A DNA stretch of 64,000 nucleotides from Elusimicrobiota bacterium (GTDB taxonomy: Bacteria > Elusimicrobiota > Elusimicrobia > UBA1565 > UBA9628), in NCBI GenBank assembly GCA_027319565.1, contig DAHVNA010000001.1:114716-178715 (forward strand). The letters are read 5' to 3'. How positions within the stretch are numbered: the stretch's first letter is position 1; every line of letters begins with the position of its first letter. The notes beneath the pieces are model-generated. The model did not search any database. It was given only the letters and a program-made list of their open reading frames with translations, and was not told the origin of the DNA. Shown piece after piece: positions 25,985 to 35,122 of this stretch. A program made the translations under genes and the position numbers.

Positions 25985-27113
25985 TCTTTCCAAGGCCGCT
26001 TTTTTCGCTTTAACCTTGATTTCTCTTGTCTCTCTAAACGCCTGGTCTCATGAGCGTTCGATTCGGGTGGGGATCGTTCCGCAGGCGGATTCATTTGTCT
26101 TTGTGGTTCAGGGCCATTACCAGGCGCTTGATTTTTTGGGACGTTCCAAAAATCTCGTGGATGGAAAGACCTACACCGTTAAACCATCCGCGAAACTTTT
26201 ATCGTTAGGCCGCTGGACCTTGCCGGCCAAGGCTTGGCTTAAGAGCCAAGATCCCCATGCGGCTCTCTGGATCGGAGGACGGCGCTATCCCGGAAATTTT
26301 TTGGTGCTTCTAAATTCCAATAAGACGGTTACGGGAATTGAAATTATCGGCATTGAGACTTACTTGCTTGGAGTGGTCGGCCATGAGATGGACGCGTCTT
26401 GGCCGCTAGAGGCTTTAAAGGCCCAGGCGGTGGTGGCTAGAACCTTTGCCTATTTTCAGCTTGAGAAATACCATTCCCAGGGTTATGACTTGGGAGATGA
26501 CGCGGGTTCTCAGGTCTACGGCGGGGTCAATCAAACGCCGAAAAACGTCGTTCTAGCGGTTGAGAAAACCAAGGGAGAAGTTTTAGGCTATCGGGGAAAA
26601 CTCTTGAGCGTCTATTATCACTCTTGTTGCGGCGGCCATACCGCGGATGCGGGATGGGTGTGGGGATTTAAGAATACGCCGCGGCCTCTAAGGGGGGTGC
26701 GCGACCCTTATTGCAAATTTTCCCCCGATTACCGTTGGAAGGTTTTTTTTAGATCGGATGAAATCAAGGCCGCGCTCGAGAGCCGCCGACTTTTGGGGGG
26801 AGCGCTTAAGTTTTTTAGAATCGGAACCGAGAAATATGATTACGCTAAAAGTTTCAAAGCTCAAATTGGAGATACCCCTTTGAGCGTGGATGCCAACCGA
26901 TTTCGTTTGGCCTTGGGGCCTTCCAGCCTCAAAAGCGTGCGGATTTTTAGGATTAAAAGAGAATCGGGCGGCGTTGAGTTTTCCGGCGCGGGCTCGGGAC
27001 ACGGGGTGGGCCTTTGCCAATGGGGCGCGCGCGGCCAAGCCATGCGCGGCAGAAGCTATGAGAAGATCCTGAAATTTTATTTTCCCGGTTCGGTTCTTTC
27101 TGTCGTCGAGTAA
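25968..27113 (+). CDS. SpoIID/LytB-family peptidoglycan-remodelling protein.
   Basis: Signal peptide. SpoIID motifs: [35 protein letters not shown] and [20 protein letters not shown]. Confidence 0.8.
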   Translation: MPGSSSLSKAAFFALTLISLVSLNAWSHERSIRVGIVPQADSFVFVVQGHYQALDFLGRSKNLVDGKTYTVKPSAKLLSLGRWTLPAKAWLKSQDPHAALWIGGRRYPGNFLVLLNSNKTVTGIEIIGIETYLLGVVGHEMDASWPLEALKAQAVVARTFAYFQLEKYHSQGYDLGDDAGSQVYGGVNQTPKNVVLAVEKTKGEVLGYRGKLLSVYYHSCCGGHTADAGWVWGFKNTPRPLRGVRDPYCKFSPDYRWKVFFRSDEIKAALESRRLLGGALKFFRIGTEKYDYAKSFKAQIGDTPLSVDANRFRLALGPSSLKSVRIFRIKRESGGVEFSGAGSGHGVGLCQWGARGQAMRGRSYEKILKFYFPGSVLSVVE

Positions 27114-27224
27114 AAATGATTTTTTAGGTTTTTATGATCACTGCCTCTTGAATCTTCGTTTCAGTTCTGTTAATCTGTTGGAGGTGTCGGTTGGTTAAAG
27201 GGTTTAAGAAACGGGAGAACGGTC

Positions 27225-27662
27225 ATGAACTATCATCTAAAACGGATTAATCCATATTGGCATAATCATCCCATGATTCCCACCGGGGTCGTGGTGGGAG
27301 TTATCTGCGCGGCCATGGGCTTTGCCGCTCAACGCCCGGCTATAGAAATCGTAGGAGTGTCGATCGCGGGATTATCTCTCTTTGTCGCGGTCAAGCCCGT
27401 CTTTTCCCTCTTGTTTTCTTTGATTGGGCTTTTTGGAGGAGTCAGCACGTTTTTGATCGCCCCCGGGCTTAACGCCGACAGCTTGACGCCACCGCTTAAG
27501 TTTATTTCCATTCTTCTATTCACCGCGTTTTATGCGGCGCTCATGGACGCGATGCTTTTGGTCGTGGCGGTGATTTATAATTTCCTGGTCGGCCCTGGGG
27601 GCCTTTCCGGGCTTCATCTTGAATTATCCGAGGCGGAGGCGGAAGAAGAGGTCGAGGGATGA
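27225..27662 (+). CDS. Small membrane protein (4 TM) with an acidic C-terminal tail. First gene of the signalling operon.
   Basis: Hydrophobic segments. Its stop overlaps the start of the OmpR-like gene (ATGA). Confidence 0.35.
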   Translation: MNYHLKRINPYWHNHPMIPTGVVVGVICAAMGFAAQRPAIEIVGVSIAGLSLFVAVKPVFSLLFSLIGLFGGVSTFLIAPGLNADSLTPPLKFISILLFTAFYAALMDAMLLVVAVIYNFLVGPGGLSGLHLELSEAEAEEEVEG

Positions 27663-28483
27663 AAATCAACGCCATTTACGCCTCGCGCGAACCCAATCGC
27701 GCAGCAGTTTTAATTGAAGCGTTATCGGCCAATCAGTTCGCTGTGTCTGTGGCGCAAAAATCCAAAGAGGTTTTGGATCAACTCTCTAAGCAGAACGCTA
27801 GTCTTCTTTTAATGGGAGAAAAACTACTTGATGCTGACGGAGTTTCATTCGTTAAAAACCTAAGGGCCAAAGGGGCTTATAAGCAAATGCCGGTGGTGGC
27901 GGTCGTCGAACATGGAGAAACCCAGGCGGTTGCCCCGCGGCGGAGCGCATATGCGGCCTTTGGGAAAAAGCCCGTTGACGCCATTCGCGTCAAATTTTCC
28001 GGCGAGGGAACTTCAAATGGAGTGGCCGCTTCCGCGTCTTCCCAGGCGAGCATTCGCCTCGCGTTTTTTAACGCGGGAGCGGATGAGTGTCTTTCTCTGA
28101 ATTGGGATGCGGCGGAATGTGTTGCCCGCATCAAAGCTCTTTTGAGGCGCACCCAAACGGTTCCTTCCGAAGAAATCATCAAGATGGGGCTTATCGAACT
28201 TAATTTGACAAGTTACACCCTTCATATTGGCGGCAAAAAAGTTAATTTAACTTCTAAGGAACTCGATTTGCTTTATGTTTTCCTAAGTTCGTCAAATCGC
28301 GTTTTAAGCCGTCCGTATTTAATTGAGCGCGTCTGGGGATATAACTATTTCGGGTCTCCGCGGACGGTGGATGTTCATGTGAGGCGTTTGCGGGAAAAAT
28401 TAGGCCCGGCGGCAAAGTACGTGACGACCATCCCTTGCGTGGGATATAAATTGATTCCCCCAAGTTCTGAAATGCGGAGGTAG
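27659..28483 (+). CDS. OmpR/PhoB-family winged-helix regulator with a degenerate (pseudo-)receiver domain.
   Basis: C-terminal trans_reg_C: LTSKELDLLYVFLSSSNRVLSRPYLIERVWGYNYFGSPRTVDVHVRRLREKLG...IPCVGYKL. The N-terminal receiver-like fold has no phospho-acceptor Asp in the expected place (SLLLMGEKLLDADG) and carries a roughly 60-aa insert before the DNA-binding domain. Confidence 0.65.
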   Translation: MKINAIYASREPNRAAVLIEALSANQFAVSVAQKSKEVLDQLSKQNASLLLMGEKLLDADGVSFVKNLRAKGAYKQMPVVAVVEHGETQAVAPRRSAYAAFGKKPVDAIRVKFSGEGTSNGVAASASSQASIRLAFFNAGADECLSLNWDAAECVARIKALLRRTQTVPSEEIIKMGLIELNLTSYTLHIGGKKVNLTSKELDLLYVFLSSSNRVLSRPYLIERVWGYNYFGSPRTVDVHVRRLREKLGPAAKYVTTIPCVGYKLIPPSSEMRR

Positions 28484-28488
28484 CGAAC

Positions 28489-28875
28489 ATGACAAAACAA
28501 AGCCATTCCAAGCTTCTGGTGATCGACGACGACGCCCATCTGCGCGAGAGTTTGGCCGAGGTTTTGGAACTGGACGGATTTGAATGCTTTCAGGCGGGAA
28601 CGGCCAAGGCCGGGCTTGAGAGCGCGGCGAAAATCAATCCCGAGATTGTCATCATGGATATTCAATTGCCGGATTCCTCTGGTTTTCAGATATGCCAGGA
28701 ACTGCGCAAGCGCTCGAAAACGACGATATTGATTATGATGACGGGGCGTTTTTTGTCTTTAGACGAGAAAAAACAGGGTTTTGCCTTGGGCGCGGATGAT
28801 TATTTGACCAAACCTTTCGATATCGTTGAGCTTTCTGCGCGAATCCGGCAAATGCTGACCCGCCGGAAGGGTTAA
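28489..28875 (+). CDS. Single-domain CheY-like response regulator receiver.
   Basis: LLVIDDDAHLRESLAEVLELDGFEC...IVIMDIQLPDSSGFQICQEL...DYLTKPFD, with the canonical DD, D and K residues. Confidence 0.8.
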   Translation: MTKQSHSKLLVIDDDAHLRESLAEVLELDGFECFQAGTAKAGLESAAKINPEIVIMDIQLPDSSGFQICQELRKRSKTTILIMMTGRFLSLDEKKQGFALGADDYLTKPFDIVELSARIRQMLTRRKG

Positions 28876-28886
28876 TCTTAGGCCTC

Positions 28887-30767
28887 ATGCCATCATCGGC
28901 TCAAAGAGGCAAACTCGCCTATAAAATTCTTCTCTGGTTTTTGGTCATTTCTCTAATTCCGATGGGAGTCGCCGGGCTCTATTTGATTAATATTTCCCAG
29001 GCTTCTCTTCATCAGCAAATTTTGGGGACGGAAAAATCCTTGGCCGAGAGTTTTGCCGAAACGGTCTATAAATATATCGCGACCTATCGGGATATTCTGG
29101 AAGAATCCGCGGCTTTGCCGCAATTTGTTTCGGGAAATAAAGAAGAGGAAGAGTCTTATCTCAAGCGCCTGATGAGCCTTCATGTCGCTATTTTAGAGCT
29201 CTCGGTTTTGGATTCTTCCGGCCATGAAACGATTCGGGAAGGGCGATTCCTCGGGCCCAACCCGCAGTTGCGCGATATGGAATCGGAGGGTTTTTTCGAT
29301 ACGGCTTTGGCGCGGGGGGAATTTATCGGCGGCCTTAAACGCTTTCAAGGCATTTATCCGACGGTGACAATCGCGGTTTCTATCGGATCGCCGAAATCGG
29401 GGCACACTCCCTTGGGAGTCTTGGCGGCTAAAATCAGCCTCAATGGACTTTCTTCAATGTTGTCCATGGAGTTTCCGCCTTCCAGCCAAACCTCGGCCGC
29501 CGTGGCCGCCCCGGACGGATTTCTGATCGCCCACTCCGATCCGGAAAAAGTTTATAAGCCGGACGCGCGTTTAAACAGCGAGATATTAAAAATTTTAACC
29601 ACCCAGGTCGCTGATTCCGGCGGGGGAGAAATAACCCTTTCCGATGGGAAAAACTTTTTAAGCGCTTATGCCGATGTCAATGGTTTGGACTGGATCGTCT
29701 ATGTTCAAGAGTCTATTCAAGCCGCCTATCATACGGCGGCGCGAATGCGCTCGCAGATTTTGCGGCTGTTGGTCTGGGTGATTATCGCGATTATCGTTTT
29801 ATCCTTGGCGGTTTCAAGGCATATCACGCAGCCATTAAGGGCTCTTAAGGACGCGGCTCGAAAAGTCGGCATGGGGCAATTTGAGGATTTCCCGGAAGTC
29901 CTTACCACTAACGATGAGATTGGAGATCTGGCCCAAGCGTTTTTGTCGATGAGCGAGTCGTTAAAAGAAAAAACCGGGGAACTGGTCGACACTAAACAAG
30001 AGCTTGAACGCTTGAACCGGACCCTTGAAAAGCGGGTCGAAGCGCGCACAAGAGAACTTAAAGCGGCGCAGGAAGAATTGATCAAAAAAGAGCGCTTAGC
30101 CGCGATCGGACAGATGGCTTCGGTGGTCGGCCATGAGATACGCAACCCGTTAGCCGTCATCAATAACTCGATTTACTTTATTAAAACGAAATTGGCGTCT
30201 GTCTTGGCGCAGGACCCGAAAGTCTCAAAGCACGTCAAAATCATAGAATCCGAGATTCAACAGGCCAATGGGATTATCAACGAGATATTGACCTATTCAC
30301 GGCAGCGCGAGCTTCAGCCCGAGACGGTTCGGCTCAATGATTGGCTGGAAGAGCTTCTTTCGGTGTATCCATTTCCTTCTCATATTACGGTTCAAAAAAT
30401 TTTCGTTCCCTCCAATCCGCCGGTTGAAATCGACTTGACCGAGATGCAGCAAGCTTTAAGAAATTTAATTGGGAACGCCATTGAGGTGATGCCGGAAAAA
30501 GGGATTTTAGGCGTTAAGACGTTTTTGTCTCAAGCCAACATGGCGGCTATCGAGATTTCTGACACCGGGCCCGGCATTCCCCCGGAGACGCTTGAAAAAA
30601 TATTCGCGCCATTTTTTACTACCAAGGCCCGCGGAACGGGCCTGGGGCTGGCGGTCGTAAAAAAAGTCATCGATCGCCACGGGGGAAAAGTGGAAGTGGC
30701 TAGCGTCGTGGGGCGCGGGACTATTTTTCGTCTCCATATTCCGATTTCCCAGAAGGTGGAAGCATGA
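28887..30767 (+). CDS. Sensor histidine kinase with a periplasmic (Cache-like) sensor domain, HAMP, HisKA and HATPase_c.
   Basis: Two TM segments flank a roughly 270-aa periplasmic domain. HAMP follows TM2. H-box ASVVGHEIRNPL. N, G1 and G2 boxes (GNAIEVM, DTGPGIP, GTGLGLAVV). Confidence 0.85.
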   Translation: MPSSAQRGKLAYKILLWFLVISLIPMGVAGLYLINISQASLHQQILGTEKSLAESFAETVYKYIATYRDILEESAALPQFVSGNKEEEESYLKRLMSLHVAILELSVLDSSGHETIREGRFLGPNPQLRDMESEGFFDTALARGEFIGGLKRFQGIYPTVTIAVSIGSPKSGHTPLGVLAAKISLNGLSSMLSMEFPPSSQTSAAVAAPDGFLIAHSDPEKVYKPDARLNSEILKILTTQVADSGGGEITLSDGKNFLSAYADVNGLDWIVYVQESIQAAYHTAARMRSQILRLLVWVIIAIIVLSLAVSRHITQPLRALKDAARKVGMGQFEDFPEVLTTNDEIGDLAQAFLSMSESLKEKTGELVDTKQELERLNRTLEKRVEARTRELKAAQEELIKKERLAAIGQMASVVGHEIRNPLAVINNSIYFIKTKLASVLAQDPKVSKHVKIIESEIQQANGIINEILTYSRQRELQPETVRLNDWLEELLSVYPFPSHITVQKIFVPSNPPVEIDLTEMQQALRNLIGNAIEVMPEKGILGVKTFLSQANMAAIEISDTGPGIPPETLEKIFAPFFTTKARGTGLGLAVVKKVIDRHGGKVEVASVVGRGTIFRLHIPISQKVEA

Positions 30768-31912
30768 CAGAACCGAAGGCGCGTATTCTCATTGTCGATG
30801 ACGATCCCCATATCCGCGAATCTCTGTTGGATGTTCTGGAAGACGCCGGTTACGAGGTTTTTACGGCCTCCAGGGAGAAAGAGGCCTTGGACAAGGTTCA
30901 CTCGCATAGTTTTGACGTGATCTTGATGGATTATAATCTTCCGGATTCAACCGGAATCCAGGTGATCAAGAAAATCAAAAAAATTAGGCCGATTGATTCC
31001 CAAAGCCAGATATTGATGCTTACCGCGGATAAAAGCCAAGAGACGGCGGTCATGGCCATTCAGGAATCCGTGGCGGATTTTCTCGTCAAGCCGGTTGATG
31101 TCGATCGCCTTAAACGAGTCATTTCAAATTCCCTGGAAAAGCTTCGCTTGATTCGGGAAAACGAGAGAATAACGCTTCAGCTTAAGAAAAGCAACGAGGA
31201 ACTCGAGCATTTGGACCGGATGAAATCTAAATTTCTCTCAATGTCTTCGCATGATTTATCCAATGCCTTAATGGCTCTTCAGGCCAGTTTTGAACTTCTT
31301 TCTCAAACGATGAACCCCTCGGAAGAGCAGACAAAAAGAATGCTCGCTATTTCTTCCAGCATCAGCCAATTAACTCGCCTGACCGCCGATTTAGTCGACT
31401 GGGCGTCCATTGAAAGTGGAAAATTCAGAATTGAGCGGGAAATCTGCTCTCCAGAAACTCTGCTACGGGAAATCTTGCTGGGTTCTCAAGCTCGCGCGCA
31501 GGCGCGGGGAATTAAGTTTACGGAAAAAATAGAAAAATCCTTGCCCGATATTTATGCCGACAAGAGGCGTATTTCCCAGGTTCTTAATAACCTGCTTGAA
31601 AATGCCATTCGCTACACTTCCAAAGGCGGAGAAATTCTGGTCTATGCGATGAAACTCGCCAACGGCAATGCGGAAACCGCGATTCAATTTGGAGTTAAAG
31701 ACTCCGGAGATGGGATACCGCCAAGCGAACTCGGTAAAATCTTCCAAAGTTTTTATCAAGGCTCCGATTCCTCTAAAAGCGGACGCCTGGGGCTGGGATT
31801 GGCGACTTCTAAAGAAATTGTCGAGGCTCACGGCGGAAGGATCTGGGTTGAAAGCGAAGGAGTCGGGCGCGGCGCGACTTTCTTTTTTACGGTTCCCACC
31901 TCGAAAAAATGA
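30764..31912 (+). CDS. Hybrid response regulator-histidine kinase (REC + HisKA + HATPase_c), cytoplasmic.
   Basis: RILIVDDDPHIRESLLDVLEDAGYEV...VILMDYNLPDSTG. H-box SMSSHDLSNAL. HATPase boxes NLLENAIRYT, DSGDGIP and GRLGLGLATSKEIVEAHGGRIWVESEGVGRGATFFF. Confidence 0.85.
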   Translation: MTEPKARILIVDDDPHIRESLLDVLEDAGYEVFTASREKEALDKVHSHSFDVILMDYNLPDSTGIQVIKKIKKIRPIDSQSQILMLTADKSQETAVMAIQESVADFLVKPVDVDRLKRVISNSLEKLRLIRENERITLQLKKSNEELEHLDRMKSKFLSMSSHDLSNALMALQASFELLSQTMNPSEEQTKRMLAISSSISQLTRLTADLVDWASIESGKFRIEREICSPETLLREILLGSQARAQARGIKFTEKIEKSLPDIYADKRRISQVLNNLLENAIRYTSKGGEILVYAMKLANGNAETAIQFGVKDSGDGIPPSELGKIFQSFYQGSDSSKSGRLGLGLATSKEIVEAHGGRIWVESEGVGRGATFFFTVPTSKK

Positions 31913-33975
31913 CGACTTTTCGCCGATGGGGGCGGCTTTTCTTGCCTCTCGCTTTTATTTCCTGCGCGACAGTCAAAGTTCCCATGTCGGTAACGTTTCC
32001 GCCGGCCATCGATTTGTCTCCTTACCATCGCTTCGCTTTTGGCGACATGAACGGCAATCTCGGCCATCGTTTTCAAGACGCTTTGGAAAGTTATTTGTCG
32101 CGCTCCAAAAATTTTAATTTCATAAATAGAGACCGGCTTAATGTGTTGACTGCGGAATATGACCTGACTCAGGCGCAAAATTCAGCGGATGCTCAAATGA
32201 ACGCTATTGCGATGAAGGTTCATGGCGCGGCGTTTATTTCGGGAACCATTAATCAAAATTATTACCAGTTCATTCAAGAGTCGCCGGATACCTGTCAATG
32301 GAATAACCGCGCTCATCCCTGCCCGTTAAAAACACGGGTCGGGCGGATTCGCATCGGCGGGCATTTGGATGTGACAAGTGCCGTAAGTGGAAAATTGATT
32401 CACTCCCAAGCGATATCAAAAGTTTGTCAGGCTCAGAGCCAGGCCAAAAACGCTTCTCCGCCTCCCATCGATCGCTCGCAGTTGACGCAAAATTGCGTTA
32501 ATTCCGCGGCGCGGGATTTGGCGATGCTTTTTTTGCCCTCAAGGAAAATGTTTTATCCAAGTTTCATAAAAGTGGGGGATATCCCGGCGGTGGCCCGGGG
32601 AATTGGAGATGTGGAGGCCGGAGACATAGCCCAAGCGGCCAAGGATTTTAACGCGGCCCTTAAAGATCCCAAGGTCGGCTCTAGGGATTTTGATAAAAAG
32701 TCTTTGTCTGAAATCTATTGGGATCTCGCGTTGGCCCAAGAATATTCCTGGCAGTTTGGGCCGGCCTTGGATTCCCTCAAGAAATCATATGCGCTTAACC
32801 CGGTTTTAAAAACGCAAAAAGAAGAATCCCAGCTTCTTAATTTTGAATCCGCGCGAAGACGGCTTTTAGGCGTTACTCCCCTGATGCTGGCGGTCGAAGG
32901 TGGGGCTTTTCATCAAGTTCAAACTCTTCTTCAAAAAGGCGCGGACCCTAATTTGCAGGATGCCTCGGGAAATACGGCCTTAATGCGCGCCGTTCAGAAA
33001 CAGAACTTGGCGATGGTCCAAATTCTTCTTCGCCATGGGGCTTGGCCCACGATTAGAAATAATCAAGGACTGAGCGCTTTGGATATGTCTAAAAATCCAA
33101 AAATTTCCGATCTGTTGAGAGAAGATTTTTCAAAACCTTCGGTTTCCCATCCAGAAAAGCCCGCGCGGCCTTCAAAAATCGTAATTCATTCCGATGTGGA
33201 TAAAATTCCTTACCATCTTCCGGAAGACCCGTTTAAAATCGCACTGGTCGTCGGCATTGAACACTATGAAAACAATCTCCCATCGGCTGATTTTGCCGAC
33301 CACGACGCCGAAGTCATGCGCGAGCATTTAATGGCTTTGGGCTATGCTCCGCGCCATATCCATTGGCTCAAAGATGAAGAAGCGACTCGCGCGGCCTTGG
33401 TCAAAAATTTTGAGGGCTGGCTGCCTCAAGTCGTTTCCTCATCTTCTACCGTTTTCTTTTATTACTCCGGTCACGGGGCCGCCGATCCGCAGACGCATAA
33501 AACTTATTTGGTTCCAGCGGATGGAGATCCCAATTATCTTCAAGAAACGGCTTATCCTCTTTCCCGTCTTTACTCGACTCTTGGAAAATTATCCGCAAAA
33601 CGGGTGATTGTCGTTTTAGACTCTTGCTTTTCAGGCCGCGGCGCGAGGTCTTTGTCTCCCACGGGAATGCGGCCTTTGGTGACCGTCTCTCCATCCGCGC
33701 CTATTTCAAAAGGGAGGGTTGTTGCCATGACCGCTGCTTCCGGGACCCAGATCGCGGAAGTTCTTAATTCCGAGGGCCATGGCTTGTTTACTTATTATTT
33801 TTTGAAGGGCCTTAATGGCGCGGCCACAACGCCAGTGAAAGTCATTACCTTGCAATCTCTCTATCATTATTTAAGGCCCGAGGTCGAAGACGCCGCAGGC
33901 CTTAAAAACCGGACTCAGACGCCGGAGTTTTTGCCGCAAAGACTTCTGAATGCGGCGCCGATTGTCTTGCGATAA
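31909..33975 (+). CDS. Lipoprotein with a CsgG/LpoB-like N-terminal domain, ankyrin repeats and a C-terminal caspase-like (peptidase C14) domain.
   Basis: Lipoprotein-type signal (RLFLPLAFISCAT). CsgG-like segment HRFAFGDMNGNLGHRFQDALESYLSRSKNFNFINRDRLNVLTAEYDL. Ankyrin units TPLMLAVEGGAFHQVQTLLQKGADPNLQDASGNTALMRAVQKQNLAMVQILLRHGA. Caspase His/Cys dyad in FFYYSGHGAADP and VIVVLDSCFSGRGA. Confidence 0.7.
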   Translation: MTTFRRWGRLFLPLAFISCATVKVPMSVTFPPAIDLSPYHRFAFGDMNGNLGHRFQDALESYLSRSKNFNFINRDRLNVLTAEYDLTQAQNSADAQMNAIAMKVHGAAFISGTINQNYYQFIQESPDTCQWNNRAHPCPLKTRVGRIRIGGHLDVTSAVSGKLIHSQAISKVCQAQSQAKNASPPPIDRSQLTQNCVNSAARDLAMLFLPSRKMFYPSFIKVGDIPAVARGIGDVEAGDIAQAAKDFNAALKDPKVGSRDFDKKSLSEIYWDLALAQEYSWQFGPALDSLKKSYALNPVLKTQKEESQLLNFESARRRLLGVTPLMLAVEGGAFHQVQTLLQKGADPNLQDASGNTALMRAVQKQNLAMVQILLRHGAWPTIRNNQGLSALDMSKNPKISDLLREDFSKPSVSHPEKPARPSKIVIHSDVDKIPYHLPEDPFKIALVVGIEHYENNLPSADFADHDAEVMREHLMALGYAPRHIHWLKDEEATRAALVKNFEGWLPQVVSSSSTVFFYYSGHGAADPQTHKTYLVPADGDPNYLQETAYPLSRLYSTLGKLSAKRVIVVLDSCFSGRGARSLSPTGMRPLVTVSPSAPISKGRVVAMTAASGTQIAEVLNSEGHGLFTYYFLKGLNGAATTPVKVITLQSLYHYLRPEVEDAAGLKNRTQTPEFLPQRLLNAAPIVLR

Positions 33976-34069
33976 ATTTTTCAATGGATGAGCGATTCCA
34001 TGCAAACTCATCTGGCATTGGATAATTCTAGCACGTGTGGGGGATTTTGGAAAGTGCTAAAATTCCACA

Positions 34070-35122
34070 GTGGGATACTTAAAAGGACTCGCGAAACGGG
34101 CGGAAGAAAGCGGTAAGGCGTATTTAAGGTCTCAATTTTTTAGGTTTTTACCGGTTTTGCCTCCGCCCAAGACTCCGGTCGACGTAAAAGCTGTTTCCCG
34201 CATTTTAGCCGTTCGTTCCGACGCGCGCTTAGGAAATATACTTCTTTTAACTCCGGCTCTGCGCTTAATTAAAGAGGCTTTTCCATCCGCACAAACGGAT
34301 ATCTTGATGCCGCAAGCTTATGCCGCGGCCTTAAAATTTAACCCTTGCGTCTCCCGGGTTTTAAGTCCCAAAGAATGGCCGCTTCTGCGCTTTTTCGGTT
34401 ATGATCTCGCTTTTGATTTTTCCTCCTACCATGCTTTTTCTCTCTCGGGTGCGTTGTGGAGCGCTTGGTCCGGTGCGCGCTGGAGGTTGGGATATCAACG
34501 TGGGGAATCGGATAGATTCATTAATATGCCTGTTCTCTGCCCTCGGGAAAAATTTCATGAGACCGTTAATTTAGCGCGCCTGGTGCGCGAGGCGGCGGGA
34601 AGGCCTTTAAGGCCCGATTCGGATTTAAGGCTTGAGTGGCATTGGGGTCCCGGTGAAAAAGAAGAGGGAGAAAAATTCTGGCGAAATCAGGGGTTGGATC
34701 AAGAATCCGTGGCTCTGTTCATCGGAGCTCGGGATCAGAAGCGACTCCCGCTGGCCTGGTTTTTAGAAATAGCCTCTCTTTTGCGCGCCCAGGGGAGAAA
34801 AACCGCTCTTCTCGCGGGTCCTGCGGAAAGACGTTTGATTGAGAATGTGTCCTTGCCCGTAGAGACGGTTTTACTGCCGGAGATGCCTTTAAGAAAATTT
34901 GCCGCCGCTTTATCCAATGCGAGAGCGGTTTTAACGGCCGACACGGGGCCGATGCATCTTTGCGTTTCTCTTAATATTCCGACGGTCGAACTCTTTAGCC
35001 ACAGCGAGCCTTGGAGGTTTGGCTATTCTCATTGGCCTTCCCATCGGGTGATAGAGACCCCAGGCCGATGGGCGGAAGTGGGAGAGGTCTGGCCGGTTTT
35101 ATCAGGGCTTCTTAACCGTTGA
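34070..35122 (+). CDS. Family 9 glycosyltransferase (ADP-heptose:LPS heptosyltransferase-like).
   Basis: ILAVRSDARLGNILLLTPALRLIKEAFPSAQTDILMPQAYAAALKFNPCV is a GT9 N-domain. C-terminal TADTGPMHLCVSLNIPTVELF is a GT9 nucleotide-sugar-binding motif. Confidence 0.7.
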   Translation: MGYLKGLAKRAEESGKAYLRSQFFRFLPVLPPPKTPVDVKAVSRILAVRSDARLGNILLLTPALRLIKEAFPSAQTDILMPQAYAAALKFNPCVSRVLSPKEWPLLRFFGYDLAFDFSSYHAFSLSGALWSAWSGARWRLGYQRGESDRFINMPVLCPREKFHETVNLARLVREAAGRPLRPDSDLRLEWHWGPGEKEEGEKFWRNQGLDQESVALFIGARDQKRLPLAWFLEIASLLRAQGRKTALLAGPAERRLIENVSLPVETVLLPEMPLRKFAAALSNARAVLTADTGPMHLCVSLNIPTVELFSHSEPWRFGYSHWPSHRVIETPGRWAEVGEVWPVLSGLLNR

